This document shows positions 1 to 12,952 of a stretch of DNA of 64,000 bases, piece by piece. Within the stretch, counting starts at the first letter, position 1; each line of letters opens with the position of its first letter. Below the pieces are notes generated by a model that was not told the origin of the DNA, searched no databases, and worked only from the letters and a program-made list of their open reading frames with translations. Origin of the DNA: Anolis carolinensis (lineage: Eukaryota); NCBI RefSeq assembly GCF_035594765.1, contig NC_085841.1, positions 250,252,689 through 250,316,688 of the forward strand, given 5' to 3'. A program made the position numbers and the translations under genes.

Positions 1-593
1 CTCATTCACACTGGCTGTGTTTAACTGGAAAGTGGACTGTTGCTCTGTTGCTATATAGCAAAAAGAATTTACTTTACTTGACAGTGTGTGAGCCATTTGG
101 AATCTATATATGGCTTTTGGATTCGGATTGTATTCACTGTTCCAATGGCCTGAATATATTCATGCAGTTAGTCCCCTGACAGACTTGATTTAAAACTAAT
201 AGTTCTGCCGGAACAGTGCATTTTTGTGTACTTGGACCTGATGTATTATGGAGGTGCTGCGTATGAGGATTAATATGGTAGTGCAGATGGAAAAATAGTT
301 GAACAAATGCTAAAAACTCAAGATTCTTCACATGTATTTTCTGATTTATTCTACACTAACATTTCATTGCTCAAATTAGAGATTTGGGAGTAAGGCTGAT
401 GTTGAAGACATAATGAATTGCCTTAGGCAGCTCTATGCTTGGCCACATCGAGCTTAAGTTCTTAGGTATTATTCCATGCTAGATTGGCAGCCTTGATTGT
501 CTTTGATCCCTTGAAAACCCCTGCTTCCACATGGGGTGAGTGATGATGGAATATTGTCCATTTTTTCATCTTTCCCCACCTCTTAATACTGTA

Positions 594-1005
594 TAGGCAG
601 TTCCCATGTTATGAACGAGATAGGTTCTGTAGGTTTGTTCTTAAGTGGGAACAGGTACATTTTAAGTGTAACTCCAGCCAAATACATGTACATGTAGATG
701 TACATACACATATACATATAGCACAAGGAAGGGTTAATACCCCTGTTGTATTTGTGTGCCCCTGTTCAGAAGATTTCCCCTCACTTTCTGTCCCTGTGAT
801 AACTGGATTTTGAAAAAAAATGGCTTGTTGTGGAATCAAGGATTGGTGAGAAAGCTTCAGTGCAGATACCTTTTCTCCATGATATTTCTTTCAGGAATGA
901 ATTTCCCTTATGAGGGATAGATTTCTTTCACTTCCTGTTGTCTCACCCCAGTTCTTAACTATGAGTCATTTTTAAGTCGGATGTTTGTAACATGGGGACT
1001 GCCCA
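594..1005. mobile_element. Non-autonomous Tc1/mariner (Tigger/pogo-like) DNA transposon
   Basis: Terminal inverted repeats ggcagttcccatgttatgaac / gtttgtaacatggggactgcc, flanked by TA. A partial inverted copy lies at ~30120-30445. Confidence 0.75.
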
Positions 1006-1068
1006 TATACTTGTGTATAAGTGAAAAAATAAATTTTGAAAAAAAACTGGTCATTTCCTCTTCATTCC

Positions 1069-1069
<1 letters not shown>

Positions 1070-1114
<45 letters not shown>
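1070..1114. repeat. (ATT)n microsatellite
   Basis: About 15 perfect ATT units. Confidence 0.95.
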
Positions 1115-2321
1115 GGCTTTTTAATGCTAGCATTCTCCCAAAGCAGGACCGAAAGCGTTTTCCAAAATAATTCAAAATTTTCACAATAAAAATGTAAAAC
1201 AGTTAAATCCATGTAAAACAGTAAAAACAAACAAAGAATGCAACCTCCCCATAAAAAGCTCCCTTGCTTTATGTGGTAAAAGCTTGCTTGAATTAAAACT
1301 CAGTCACGGGTTAAAATACATGGGTCAGTTCCGGAATAGGGATCCAGCACAAAGGCGTGATAAGCGGTTAAATTAAAAAGTGCTCCCACCCCATTACTCC
1401 CGCTTTACCCAAACCTGAGAAAGGACAGCCTTCCCTTTTTCCTCTCCCTTTTCAGCCCAAGTGGTGTTTATCAGCAACTGAAGAATGTGGTGCACCTGCC
1501 ATTTTGCACATTTGAGGCACAGCAGAGTGGCAATGGCTATTTTTAATAAGGGCTTCCTGCATATGCTTCTCTGTAGTGAGATTGTAGTGCTTTTACTGTA
1601 AAAGCTTGTCTGATCCTATTTTAAAATGACTTTTGTGGTGGATCCCTAATAGAGGCAGGTTGCTTTCCTTGCTCTTCTCTCCTAACCCTTTTTTTCAAGG
1701 CTTCCTTCCCATTCTTTTCTCAATTATATTCATTTCCTTATCTGTATTTGTTTAGATGTAGACATTTTAAGACCACCAATACAACTCCCCCCCCCCCCCC
1801 ACTGTAGCCCCTCAGATAAACAGATCCTCTCCTTCTCATTAGCTTTCTCTAAGTATACTCCTTTCATGCATTTTTGAAATTACAGGAAAAGATTTGTTTG
1901 GTACATGCTCCTAAGTTTTTCTCTTGGGTTTTACATAAGGCTGACTTACACATGAGTTTAAATGGTATTTAACATTGTTTCAGCCTCTACAGGGCAATTA
2001 GATTGTTTTCTGCATTACAGGGAGAAAGGGTATATTTTTGTAGCTAATGATTCCATGTAAGAGGTTCATATTTTATAAGTCGAGACAGTGATGGCAGATA
2101 TAGAATTTAATTTCCTAGATCAGTGGGTCCCAATCTTAGGTCTTCTGGATGTTTTGGGTCTATGATTCCAGAATTTCTTACAGTTGGCCAAAGTGTACGG
2201 GATTTCTGGGGCCCTAAACAACCGGAAGACTAAATGTTATCCTTGGTTATGAGGTGGGGTAATGGTCTGCAATATGCTTTAATTTGCCCTGGCTGTATTG
2301 GATCAGTCTATGTACATCATT

Positions 2322-2820
2322 GGAGCCTCCAGTGGGTTAAACTGCTGAGCTGCTGAACTTGCTGACTGAAAAGTCAACAATTTGAATATGGGGAGTGGGG
2401 TGAGCTCCTGCTGTTAGCCCCAGCTTCTGCCAACCTAGCAGTTCAAAAACATGCAAATGTGAGTAGATCAATAGGTACTGCTCTGGCAGGAAGGTAATGG
2501 CACTCCATACAGTCATGCCAGCCACATGACCTTGGAGGCATCTATGGACAACGCCAGCTCTTCGGCTTAGAAATGGAGATGAGCACCAAACCCAGAGTTG
2601 GACACGACTACACTTAATGTCAGGGAAAAACCTTATCTTGTTGTAATGTTGTTGATTTTATTGAGATATGTTTTAATCTATGCTGGGTTTTAATTTTTGT
2701 TGAACTGACTTGCTTAGAGAATTGAATTCCCATGTAAACCGCCCCGAATCCGTTTGGAGAGCTGGAGGCAGGATATACAAATAAAGTTATTATATTATTA
2801 TTTATTATTTACCTTTACCT
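2322..2820 (+). mobile_element. Sauria SINE with an L2-type 3' tail inserted in its (ACCTTT)n tail
   Basis: Sauria SINE body (ctgagctgctgaacttgctgac...cttagaaatggagatgagcacc...) at 2322-2635, foreign segment at 2636-2808, tail resuming at 2809-2820. Flanking TSD tatgtacatca/tatgtatatca. Confidence 0.85.
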
Positions 2821-4322
2821 TATGTATATCAAAGCTGGAAGAGGCAGTTATTCAGGAACATTATGCTTCTGCTTGCTTGTTGCATAGATCCAAGAAGGAA
2901 ATGTTGTCTTTAGCAATAATGTATTTCTTTGGTCTACTAAGAGAGCAACATGTAGTACAGAGAATAAGATAGAGAAGTTCTTTCTTCTTCCATAAGCAGT
3001 GATGCATGCCTTCATCACCTGTAGCTTTTTCTTTGCCTTTTGGCTCAGCAATGATGCCCTTATCTCTTGGCTAGCACATGTGGAACATTAGAAGTGTCTA
3101 GAGTTCTTTTCTTGCTTCTTCATTCCTTCAATCTGCCTACATTATGGACTAATAATCCCTGTAATATGCAATGCTTTTATATCATTGCTGTGACAGCTAG
3201 TGAATACAACGACTGAAGGCACAGCAGAACAGCTGCCGACTCTTCCCAATGATAATCTCTGCTAACAAGCCACTCTGGGCTTTGGCTGATATTTCCATCG
3301 TCCAGAGCAAAAGACAGCTGTTTGTCCTCAATTAATTTCCAATGCACGCTTAATAGTTTCCCAAAAGGCAAAATGATGCAGCAGCTTTTCTTCCCTCCCC
3401 TGAAAGAAATCAATATTGGGCTGGGGAGGGGAATAGATTAATATTCAGAATCCATCCTTTGCTTTGGAAGCTACCCATAATTGAGGCTGCGGAGTATAAT
3501 TTGTCAACAGTGTAAGCCTGGCACATAGGCACAGTAATAGTAATGAATTGCTCAAAAGAATCTGTAGTATGAGTAGCCCAATGCTCTGGGCATTGATTCA
3601 AAAGGGCCTGAAAAGTGTAATTGAAGAATGGTGGGACATATGTAGGCTCTATATGGGATATAATAAACCTAATTAAAAAGAATAACAGGAACAAATCACT
3701 TTGCCAATTAATTCAGCCTCCTGTTACAGACTGATAGTGGATTTACCAAAAAAAAAAAAAAGGGGGGGGGAGCTTCTTTCAGCCTTGATAAAGGGCTTGT
3801 GAATGTAAGACTTCCAGTTATTTTGTACCTGCCGACTACTGCAAGTTCATGAAAAATAAAGAATTCATTATGTTGTGCTTCTCTTTAGAAGGCAGATCCA
3901 AGATTCCTCATTTGAAAGGAGAAATAAATTATCTGAATAAAAACATAACTGAGGGAGAAGCCATGTAATATTTGCATTTGTTCAGAACATACCTGTTTCT
4001 GGGAGAAGAGCCAAGGAGGGAGAAACAAAGTCACATTCGCCCCATAGAAAAATAGTAGGGCTCAAGCTTCACATTTAGACATGTCATTTCCCTTTGTGTC
4101 CAATCTCATTTTTTTAAGTTAATTTCCTTCCTCTTTCCCTAAACGGGACCCAAAATATCCTACAATATAGGTTAAAATAAGATTCAGCTAAAACATTTCA
4201 TTGCACAAGACTGTTTTTTTAAAAAAGCAATTACATTTAAAATCACTAATTTAAAACAGTTTTAAAGACTATAAAGCATAATAATGTAAATAAAAGTATA
4301 GCATCCCCACTTTAAAGACCTT

Positions 4323-4652
4323 TAAAGGTAAAGGTAATGATTTTCCCCTGACATTTAGTCGTGTCCAACTCTGGGGGTTGGTGCTCATCTTCATTTCTAA
4401 GCCGAAGAGTCGCCATTGTCCATAGACACCTCCAAGGTCATGTGGCTGGTATAACTGCATGGACTGCCGTTACCTTCCCGCCAGAGTGATGCCTATTGAT
4501 CACTCACATTTGCATGTTTTCGAACTTCTAGGTTAGCAGAAGCTGGGGCTAACACCAGGAGCTCACTCCACTCTCCGGATTCAAACTGCCAACCTTTCAC
4601 TACGCAAGTTCAGCAGTTCAGCGATTTAATCCGCTACACCATCGGGGGCTCC
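4323..4652 (-). mobile_element. Sauria SINE, full length
   Basis: Reverse complement of the same SINE with a (taaagg)n tail. Imperfect TSD ttaaagacctt/ttaatgatctt. Confidence 0.9.
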
Positions 4653-4842
4653 TTAATGATCTTGAGCTGTCAGTTAATATCTAAAAGCATTCCTAAAAAG
4701 AGATGTTTGCCTTCTGGAAGAATGAGAGATAGGGGCCAACTTATTAGTGAGCTGTGAGAGATAATTCTATCATCCAAGGACAGTCATGAAGAAGGCTTTC
4801 CTGTTTCCTCACTAAAAGTGTGTGGGATGTTGGTGGGACTGA

Positions 4843-4956
4843 GGCTGGTTCTACACTGACAAATAATGCAGTTTGAACTACATTATATGATCAGCATAGA
4901 ACCATATGATGCAGTTCAGTGCAATTCAGACTTCATTCAGCAGTGTAGAAACAGAC
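4843..4956. mobile_element. PIF/Harbinger-type MITE
   Basis: TIRs ggctggttctacactg / cagtgtagaaacagac, with 3-bp TSD TGA on both sides. Confidence 0.65.
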
Positions 4957-5197
4957 TGAGAGAATCCTTGAGAATCTTAACATTTTTGCTGACTCATAAT
5001 CTTGGGTTGAAAGGCCACAGCGTAATGTTTGTCTGCTTGGGAATTAGAAACTAAAGCATTTCAAGATTTACAATATATTCAGCTCTGGATAGTTGTCTTT
5101 TTGTTTGCCTTTTGTTCTAATGCTACCTTCCAGAGCTTTAAATATGAAACATTAATCCTTGAGATTCTTTTGTGGTATCCTCAATTACAGTTTACAA

Positions 5198-5563
5198 CAG
5201 TCATGGGCCAACTTTTTTTTCCTTGGGGCTGCATTGCGGGCCTGGGAGGGAGTGCCGATGGGCAGGCACTGGGTGGGGTGGGGGCAGGGCTGGAGCTGGT
5301 TCATCCTCAGGCTGTCCTTATGCTGGGAGGAGGGAAAGACCCATGGTTATACTCCCCCACCCCCCAAACCTTGAGCTGTTCTCCCAGCATAAGGACAGGG
5401 CCACTCACTCCATCCTTATGCTAGGAGGAGGGCAAGACAGGTGGTGGTTGAGAGCGCTTCCTCCCATATCCTTATGCCGAGAGGACAGGAAAAATGAGGA
5501 GGGTCAGAGGTAAGCGCCCAAGGGGACAGGTCCAACCTACAGGCCTTAGTTTGCCCATGCCTG
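5198..5563. mobile_element. Non-autonomous hAT transposon, GC-rich interior
   Basis: TIRs cagtcatgggccaact / agtttgcccatgcctg; 8-bp TSD gtttacaa/gtttacat; internal repeated motif tccttatgc. Confidence 0.75.
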
Positions 5564-5609
5564 GTTTACATGCAGCACCTCACCACTCAGTCAGTGGCAT
5601 TAGAAAGTT

Positions 5610-6599
5610 TATTTATTTTGTGTCAAAAGCATTGCATAACAAATACATTTTAAAAAATGATGAAAAAAAATAGAGGAAATCACAAACAACTAAATAGTTT
5701 TAGACCAAAAGCGGGCAACAGCAACCGCATTGTCCGTAGCTTTAAGCAACTCCTCCTCTGTACATGAGGCAGGACATTGTGGGCAAGCATACATATGCGG
5801 AGTTGTTTGTTCTGCTTCACAGTCACACAAGGTGGAGGATTCCTCCAGGTAGTGCCACCTCGCCAAGTTGTCTTTAGATCTGCCCACTCCGCTTCTGAGT
5901 CTGTTCAGGGACTTCCAGGTTGCCCATTCTTGGTTTGCCCCTGGAGGAAGACCCTCTTGGGGGGCCATCCAGTTGGAATTGCCAGGTTTAGCTGCCCAGA
6001 GGGACACCCTTGCTGCTGCTGGAGGAACATCAAGAGGAGTGATGGTTCTCATGAAGCCCTTCCTTGATTTGAGTCTGGTGGGAGGAGGCTGATAGTCATG
6101 CAGTGGATGGCTTTCACAATGTTCGACCTTATTTCTCTCACAGTTAGCAGCAACTTCCCGTTGCACGTCAGGAAGGGCAATGCCAGCTAACTTGTAGAGT
6201 TTATCAACAGGTGTAGGTTTAAGGCATCCTGTGATTATTCTGCATGTTTCGTTTAGTGCTATGTCCACTTGCTTCGCATGGGCAGACTTTTGCCAGACAG
6301 GACAGGCGTACTCAGCAGTTGAGAAAGACAAGGCCAGGGCTGATGTTCTTATTACTTGTGGGTCTGCACCCCATGCACTGCCAGTCAGTTTCCGCAGGAT
6401 GTTGTTGCGTGTAGCTACTTTGTGCTTGGTGTTCATGCAGTGTTTCCTATATGTTAGTGTTCGATCTAAGGTGACACCAAGATATTTAGGATGGAAACAG
6501 TGGGCAACGTTTCTTGTAAGCGGCCAATCTTTCCACCCCAAAAGCATTGGATGTATGGATGAATACCAAAGGTCTTTATCAAGACCATTGCTAACGATT
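5610..6599 (-). mobile_element. 5'-truncated Vingi (Ingi-related) LINE: end of RT plus C-terminal zinc finger
   Basis: ORF 5690..6631 contains PKYLGVTLDRTL...WGA...SALALSFSTAEYACPVW...CDC...H...C. 3' end tgacacaaaataaataaa; 11-bp TSD attagaaagtt at 5599-5609 and 6600-6610. Confidence 0.85.
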
Positions 6600-7329
6600 A
6601 TTAGAAAGTTGCTGCTTGTAAACTTAGACAATATCGGATTATGTCAGGAATGGGGAGATTGCAGCAACATGAGCAATGTGTGCCCTCCATTATTATTTTC
6701 TATGGCTCATAATTACATGTTACACTAAATTTCTTGCCACAAATTTGCACCTAGCAGATGTGACATGTTTTTTTTTTATCTCCACGATATTTTAGGCACT
6801 CCTAAATTCATCATCCCGTCCTAGCTGCCTCATGTACAAGTAACCTATGCAATGCATTGTCTTCCTCTCCTTATGTAAATCCCTTCTCAGAACTGCTTTT
6901 TTAAAGCAATCTTTGTCAGTAACTCATTCTGTATTGAAAGTATCCCTAACAGCTTGTAACCAGATGAAAAGATATTTTTTATCTATTGAATCCACACTTT
7001 TCTCCTCACTTTGCTCTTTGGCCCTCCAGTTATTTTTGCTCAAAACTCCCACAGTCCCTTTACGTTAGCCGTGTAAGGTGGGGGCTGCTAGGAGTTGACA
7101 TACAAAACCCCTCATGGGCCAGCATTTCCTCTCCACTGGTCTGTGGCCTCTTTCACATGTAAACTCTTCAAAGAGAAGAGCATTGCTCTTTGTTGAAGAT
7201 GAATGTGTTTGTAAGGCCTTCAAGACAGAACTTTAAGACCAGTATCCAGGATCCATGGACTATATTTGATGTGGTGCCTTTTAAACTTATTCATAAAGCA
7301 ATATGGAATTACAGCTAGTTATCAAGGGG

Positions 7330-7910
7330 CTACATTTGCCTAAATTATTCAGGTTGTTGAGGTAAAAAAAAGGATTGTGTAAAATCTCACCAAACTGGGA
7401 TATGAACAAAAAATGACCGATTATATTCAGTGTAAGCAAATGTAAAATATGGCAAGAACTTTAAAGTTACCAGATACATTGGTGGAATCCGTGTTGTTAA
7501 AGATTGACCAAGAAAAAAATCTTGGGATTGTGTTAGATAATACAGTGAAATTATTGAATCAATGTGTGGGTAGGTTAATAAACGAGGTAAATTACAATTG
7601 ATCATAATTTGAAAGGAAACTGAAAAATAAAGCTGCCAGTACTATACTGACCTTATGCAAAGACATGGTGCCACCACATCTGGAACAACGTCTACAGTTC
7701 TGATCATCATACAGCTAAAGGAGGGTATTATAAAGATTAAAAAGGCACAAAAGACAGTAATTAAAGTTATCAAATGATTAGGGAACTGCCCTAAAACATT
7801 TGGCTCTGCTTAGATTAGAAAAAAGGTAAGTAAGATGTGACGTGATAGAGATGCATACATTTTTACCAGATGTGGAGAAAGTAGATTTCCTCCCTTTGTC
7901 ATAATACTAC
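7330..7910 (+). mobile_element. Old, decayed CR1 LINE RT 3' fragment
   Basis: Degenerate match to the CR1 [17 protein letters not shown]...[12 protein letters not shown] region, with stops and frameshifts. Boundaries approximate. Confidence 0.55.
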
Positions 7911-7939
7911 CTCATCACATTATCTTCTGAACCTGAGTG

Positions 7940-8458
7940 AAAATAAGGTTTTGGAAGGTGATCTAGAGAGCACTGCCATTCACTGTTTCGAATGCCTTTG
8001 CAAGGTCAAGGAATGCCCTGTACAGAGGTCGATTTTGTTCCCTCCATTTTTCTTGGAGCTGTCGTGCAGTGAAAATCATATCCACTGTTCCTTTGAAGGG
8101 GCGGGAGCTGTTCTGGGATTCCGGGAGGATGTCTTCTGAGACTGGTAGAAGGCAATTTGTAAGGATTCTTGTGAGGATTTTCCCAGTGGAGATTAGAAGG
8201 GAGATACCACAATAGTTTCCACAGTCTGTTCTTTCACCCTTTTTGAAAAGGGTGATAATGGTGGCAACTTTGAAGTCTGCTGGGATTTTCTCAGTCGCCC
8301 ACACTTTTTCAGTGAGCTGGTGGGAGTTGTTGTGTCAGCTCAGGTCAACTCTCTTTAAAGATTTCAGCAGGAATCCCGTCAGGTCCGTTGGCTTTGTTAT
8401 TTTTTAGTTGGCTGATGGCTTTGCTGACTTCCTCCAAACTAGGAAGTGCTGCAAGCTT
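7940..8458 (-). mobile_element. RTE-clade LINE, RT N-terminal fragment
   Basis: ORF 7963..8304: IPADFK.ATIITLFKKGERTDCGNY.GISLL...DMIFTARQLQEK.REQNRPLY.AFLDLAKAF. Confidence 0.9.
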
Positions 8459-9886
8459 TAACATTGACACAGCAGCAGTTCAAGAGAATTGGAGAGCAGG
8501 AGAGAGATAGCTGAAGAAAGAAAAATGAGGCTACACCTTCTTCTAGAAGGGACTCTCCAAACAAGAAGGAAGAATACATGGAGTTTGCTTTACTATCAAA
8601 AACAACCTGGTGAAACACCTGTTTGAAGCACCCATCAGCATTAATGAACAACTCTCAACCCTCTGAATTAATGTTGCCAAAAACCATCAGGCAACCATCA
8701 TAATTGTCTACGTACCAACACTAGATGCTGACGAAGATATCAAGGAAAAAAATCCTGTCAGTTGGACACCATTCTATTGGAGATGTCTAAGGAGGACAAG
8801 ATCATCTTATTGGGGGATTTTAATGCAAGAGTCAGACAAGAATTCAACCTATGGCCAGGGACCATTGGAAAAGATGGGGTTGGAAACAGCAACCCGAATA
8901 GCATCCTACTTCTCACCAAATGTGTGGAACACAACCTTGTCATCTCCAACACGGTTTTCCACCAGAAAAACAAACTCAAGACATCACAGAAGCACCCCAG
9001 TCAAAGCATTGGCACATCTTAGATTGTGTAATCATACATGCCGGAAATATGCTTCTCACAAGAGCCATTATAGGAGCAGATGACTGCTGGACAGACCACA
9101 GGTTAATCCGATCCATGATGGCCATCAAGATTGCCCCAAACGCAGACTCCAAGGAAGAAAGATAAAGCGTAAAATGAACACACAAGCCCTCCAAGAGCCT
9201 TCCAAATGAGCCCTTTTCCAAATAACACTCAAGGATGATCTACACATAGAACACCCTGAAAATATTGAGGAACATTGGAATAAACTGAAGACCTCTATTA
9301 TCACAGCCCATGAAGAAACCATTGGATACCAAACTAAGGACCCTTCCATACTTCCCTTTATATTGATTTCAGATTATCTGCTTTAAACTGGAATATATGA
9401 GTCCCCACTGCCAGATACCCTGGGATAAACAGATAAACTGGGATGAGATCCTTTGATATAGAGGGAGTGTCAAAGAAACATCAATACTGGTTTGATGAAA
9501 ATGGTAATGAGATCCAACAGTTAACTGATACGAAAAGGAAAACTTTCGAAACATGGCAGAGAGACACCAACTGTGCTGCTAAGAAAAAAATCTATGCTGT
9601 TGCAAAAGCTGTGGTCCAAAGAAGGACTAGAGAACTCAAGAACATCTGGTGGGCAAAAAAGGCTCAAGAAACCAACACTTTACAGATGTCTATGATGCAC
9701 GGGGATTCTTCAAAGCCACAAAAGACATCTATATCCCAAGAAATCATGGCGTACACCCTCTACATTCATCAGGTGGAACTAAACTTCTGAAGGACAAAAA
9801 ATCAATTGCACTACCATAACCTCCTTAACTGCAGCTCCAACGTAGCCAAAGAGGTTCTCTCGCAGGTCCCACAACAACCAACCGGG
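8459..9886 (+). mobile_element. RTE-clade LINE, AP-endonuclease and linker fragment (opposite orientation to the adjacent RT part)
   Basis: IILLGDFNARV, HWHILDCVI and DCWTDHRL endonuclease motifs over several frameshifted ORFs. Interrupted by a MITE at ~9338-9470. Confidence 0.88.
9338..9470. mobile_element. Harbinger-type MITE remnant inserted in the RTE
   Basis: Similar to 56576-56725 (cccttcca...ctttaaactgga.tatatgagtcc...ctgccagata). Confidence 0.6.
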
Positions 9887-11424
9887 TAATCCCAGCATGT
9901 GAAAAAGCATAGAACTACAAGTTTGGCCGCCAAAATAGAAAGACTTATCAAAGGAAAATGAATGCATTTTGGAAGAAGCTTTTCTTTTCTAGGGTTTTTT
10001 GTTTATCTGCCCTGATGTTGTGCATATTACTAATTTTGGATAACCGGTTGGACTGCTCTTCGTTTTTGTGGCATAGAATCGTATCCCTATTCTTTCCATG
10101 TTATTTCTGCCATTGTCACCAAATTTTCTAATAATTTTCTAATAAAGAAGTAATGCCAGGCAACACATCTACTTAACTGATGTATACCAATATATTAATA
10201 ATGTAAGAGATGTCTCTTATCTTTTATATACTCAGGTTATTTTTTCTACAGTAATTCTTAATTATTAACTATTTAGAGTGGGACATTCACACTTGTGACA
10301 GCTATTCTTCTGTCATTGTGAACTGTATCTTAAATTCAATACACATAGCAAACAAGATCAAATATTTATTGAGCGCTTCATTGAGAGTAGGAAGAAGTTT
10401 GAAAAAAGTTATGTCTCCAAGAAGTAATGCAGATAATAATTTACCGGTGGTTTTTAATACAGAATTATTTAAAATTATTCATATTAGGCAGATCCATCAG
10501 CCAGCTCTCCTTTTTCATGGGAATTGTGTTGCTGACTGTGAGCTCTGTAGCACATCATACCTCAAGTAGATCGAAGAGCATTTCCGTGTCCTCTTGTCTT
10601 CAAACATCTGTAATCATTGCCTTCCATAAAAAAAAATGCCAGGCTTTTTCAGGTTATTAAAAACATATGTGGATTTCTTTACAGTTGCGTGGTATCACAT
10701 CTGTCAGTGCTGATTCACACTGTTGATAATGTATTTGAGGATATATAGCATTTATTTATCATGCTTTCTTTCCAAGAAAAATAGTATTGATTTGCTTATT
10801 AAGAGTTCTACTTTGGCGATTGTGTGCAAGCGCTTCACTTCTTTGGTGATTTTATTTACCTTTAGGCTCTGATTGTTTGCCGCCATTGTACACATAAACA
10901 TTTTATATGTCTAGCTGTTGTGAAGTTACGTTGAAAAACAACCCAACCTATGAATAACTATCTAAAGGCTCACAGTCTAAAATTTGCCAACCCAGAAGGA
11001 AAATACTCAAGTGAATAGAGTAATATGGAAGAGCAGGTTTTGGAGCTTAAGGGTTTTTAGAGGAATTTTGAAAGATGTAGAATCAGCAACATTTTGAAAG
11101 CAATTGAAGAGGCATGTTAGTTCATTTTGAAGATCCTTATAATGTTGCTGGAGTTCTAGAATTCTGGAATGCAACTAGTGGTTTCTGAATATAAGCGCAG
11201 AGGGTATACACTTTGATGTTGTTACTTCGATTGCTTATTAGAGAATAACAAAAATACTTCCAGGACCAAGGCAGAGGAAAGGACTGAAGAGCATCATTTG
11301 GTTTTGTTTTGTTTTGTTTTATTTTGTTTTCATGTCAGGAGCAACTTGAGAAACCGCAAGAAGTAGAAGGTCCCTATCGGATCTGAGTTCAGCTGTGAGC
11401 TCACTTATACCTGAACCACCCCAT

Positions 11425-11828
11425 GAGAGTACATTGTATAAATATAGAAGTCGACAGCAGAATTTGGGACTGAAATTATGGATTTTGACATGACCATGGA
11501 TAAATTGAGGGTCATTCTGTGGAAAGAGGAAAGCACCAAGAGGAAAGCCTGAGGGGCCATCCACCTCTGCCCACCACCCCCATTTTCTCGCCCAGACATT
11601 CAAAAAGTCGAAAGTGGCTCCACGGCCAAGACAATCAGTGTGTGTCAGGACTTTTTTAAGATTATCCCAAGATGGATTAAACTCTTGCGCTTTATTGAGA
11701 AAAAGGAATATTTCTTTTTTATAAGTGTTAAGGTACAGTACTGACATTAAACCACAGATAAGTTAACCCAGGTTTTTGGAGTTCATTTTTTGTCTTAAGA
11801 TTTCTAGATTTTTTTAATGAATCTATAA
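11425..11828. mobile_element. Decayed Tc1/mariner-superfamily non-autonomous element
   Basis: Similar to 45155-45450 (aaattatgga.tttga.at.acc...gataaat..agggt.at...gaggaaagca). Ends poorly preserved. Confidence 0.4.
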
Positions 11829-11964
11829 CAGTGTTTCTCAACCCGTGGGTCCCCAGATGTTTTGGCCTTCAACTCCCAGAAATCCTAACAGCTAGTAAAC
11901 TGGCTGGGATTTCTGGGAGTTTTAGGTGAAAACACCTGGGGATTCACAGGTTGAGAACCACTTG
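11829..11964. mobile_element. ~135-bp palindromic hAT MITE
   Basis: cagtgtttctcaacc...ggttgagaaccacttg; imperfect 8-bp TSD atctataa/gtttataa. Confidence 0.85.
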
Positions 11965-12952
11965 GTTTATAAGGTAGTGATAACGCTCTCCAGTGTTACA
12001 GAATAATTGAGATAAATCACATAGATATTTAGATAATAACACTATGCAAGAGATCTATATGGTTACATTACTGTTTGGTCATTCCCTTATTTCTTTTGTG
12101 AAAAGTACAGAGCTGTTTAACTTATCAAATGACTAACTTTGGAAAGCATCTTCCACGAATCTGGTTTTAGCTTTGCATACCATTCTCACTATCTTTAATT
12201 CCTACAAGGTGAAAAGAATTGGGCTGATGCATAAAGTTATATATGGAAAATTGAACTTTTTCATTAATGATTGGTACAAAACAGAGGTGGGAAAATGTAG
12301 AGCTTCTTTTGGCGGCACTTCATTCTAGTGAGCAATTTCAAATTCATTTTCTTTATGAAATTAGATGCCATTCTTCTTGCCCAGTTGTTCATGTTCAATT
12401 ATGTTTCCGGCTTCTCAAAATCATGTTCATAATCTGTTGTTTCCCCCCTTTACCTGATTGCTATTACACAAAATAGACTATACATTTTTGGGTATGCTGG
12501 GTACTATGGGATGGAGGGTGTGTGTTAATTTCCTGTAACCTTTATTCTGAATAGTATTTTCTGAATTCTTTTATTGAAAACAACTGCATTGTTCACTGAT
12601 GTTGCTGGATTACCTTTTCAAAGTTGTTGTAAAATCTTATATTTATTATAGGAAGAAAGAAGGAACTTAATAAAGCATGTCTGCTGTTCTATTATAAAGC
12701 TGTTTCTGTTTATACCACAATAGTTTCTGCTGTTTCTACAAATTTCAAAATTGGTGTTTACCCTCCCTGCCTTCTTTTATCTGCATTTGACTGATTATTC
12801 CTTAGAGAGGGGCATTTTTCTGTATCTAGTTAGCATGTTGCCTATTAACATATGCATAACTGGCTGAATTTCTTAAGATCCATTTGGTCGAAGCAGCTGC
12901 TTTTCAATCTCAATAGTACCTTGTTCTAAACAGTGTCTCTTTGTTTTTAAAG

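Noticed and set aside
2021-2060. Possible upstream PDIA5 exon (cag|ggagaaaggg..., EKG)
   Set aside because: The frame hits a stop quickly and lacks the expected ...DI.EWLKN and donor site.
5029-5513. Three overlapping ORFs of 71-131 aa
   Set aside because: Open only because they cross a GC-rich hAT MITE; no recognisable protein.
6231-6728. 165-aa ORF and other ORFs antisense to LINE fragments (for example 5777..6067, 47842..48181)
   Set aside because: They are shadow frames of Vingi or CR1 coding sequence, with no independent gene signals.
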